Shown: positions 14,787-14,811 of the stretch, one piece after another | How positions within the stretch are numbered: position 1 is the stretch's first letter | Layout: the number at the start of each line of letters is the position of its first letter | DNA from: an archaeon | GTDB lineage: Archaea > Iainarchaeota > Iainarchaeia > Iainarchaeales > Iainarchaeaceae | Direction: 5' to 3' | Assembly (NCBI GenBank): GCA_035289485.1 | Contig: DATDXA010000055.1 | Location: forward strand, 1-14,811 | Length of the DNA stretch: 14,811 nt | Notes under the pieces: generated by a model | What the model saw: only the letters and a program-made list of their open reading frames with translations | The model's database searches: none | What the model was told of the DNA's origin: nothing | Position numbers and translations under genes: made by a program

Positions 14787-14811
14787 TCATGATAGTATCA
14801 TGATATATAAA
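14764..14811 (-). promoter_or_regulatory. TATA box (TTTATATA, 14811-14804) plus phased TCATG operator-like array
   Basis: TCATG at 14767, 14777, 14787 and 14798; includes the palindrome TCATGATA-G-TATCATGA (14787-14803). Confidence 0.6.

Noticed and set aside
1..14811. CRISPR array or rRNA
   Set aside because: No regularly spaced direct repeats and no long non-coding stretch.

Overview
Gene-dense archaeal DNA. The evidence is TATA-box promoters, GGAGG/GGTG ribosome-binding sites and a tRNA-Val(CAC) without encoded CCA. A DPANN-type lineage is my inference from gene content. Positions 1-7344 form an apparent metal/thiol-redox regulon. A central cassette (BlaI/MecI/CopY-family repressor, short BlaR1/M56-like HExxH membrane protease, SRPBCC protein) is flanked by two identical, inverted 33-bp promoter-operator elements. 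These drive (i) a leftward operon of membrane-anchored proteins that both end in MVGGC and (ii) a rightward operon of about 11 genes: MerC-like, DUF2933-like, peroxiredoxin/TlpA-like, CcdA, YHS/TRASH, thioredoxin and several Cys/His/Met-rich micro-proteins, three of them missing from the ORF track as separate genes. Next come a minimal 363-aa [FeFe]-hydrogenase (H-domain only), an ECF S-component-like protein, a frameshifted transglutaminase-like gene, tRNA-Val, a GT-C-like membrane protein, a HerA-like ATPase and three orphan genes. The window ends in a coiled-coil/wHTH gene whose promoter carries helically phased TCATG repeats. All family calls come from motif recognition by eye; no database search was run.
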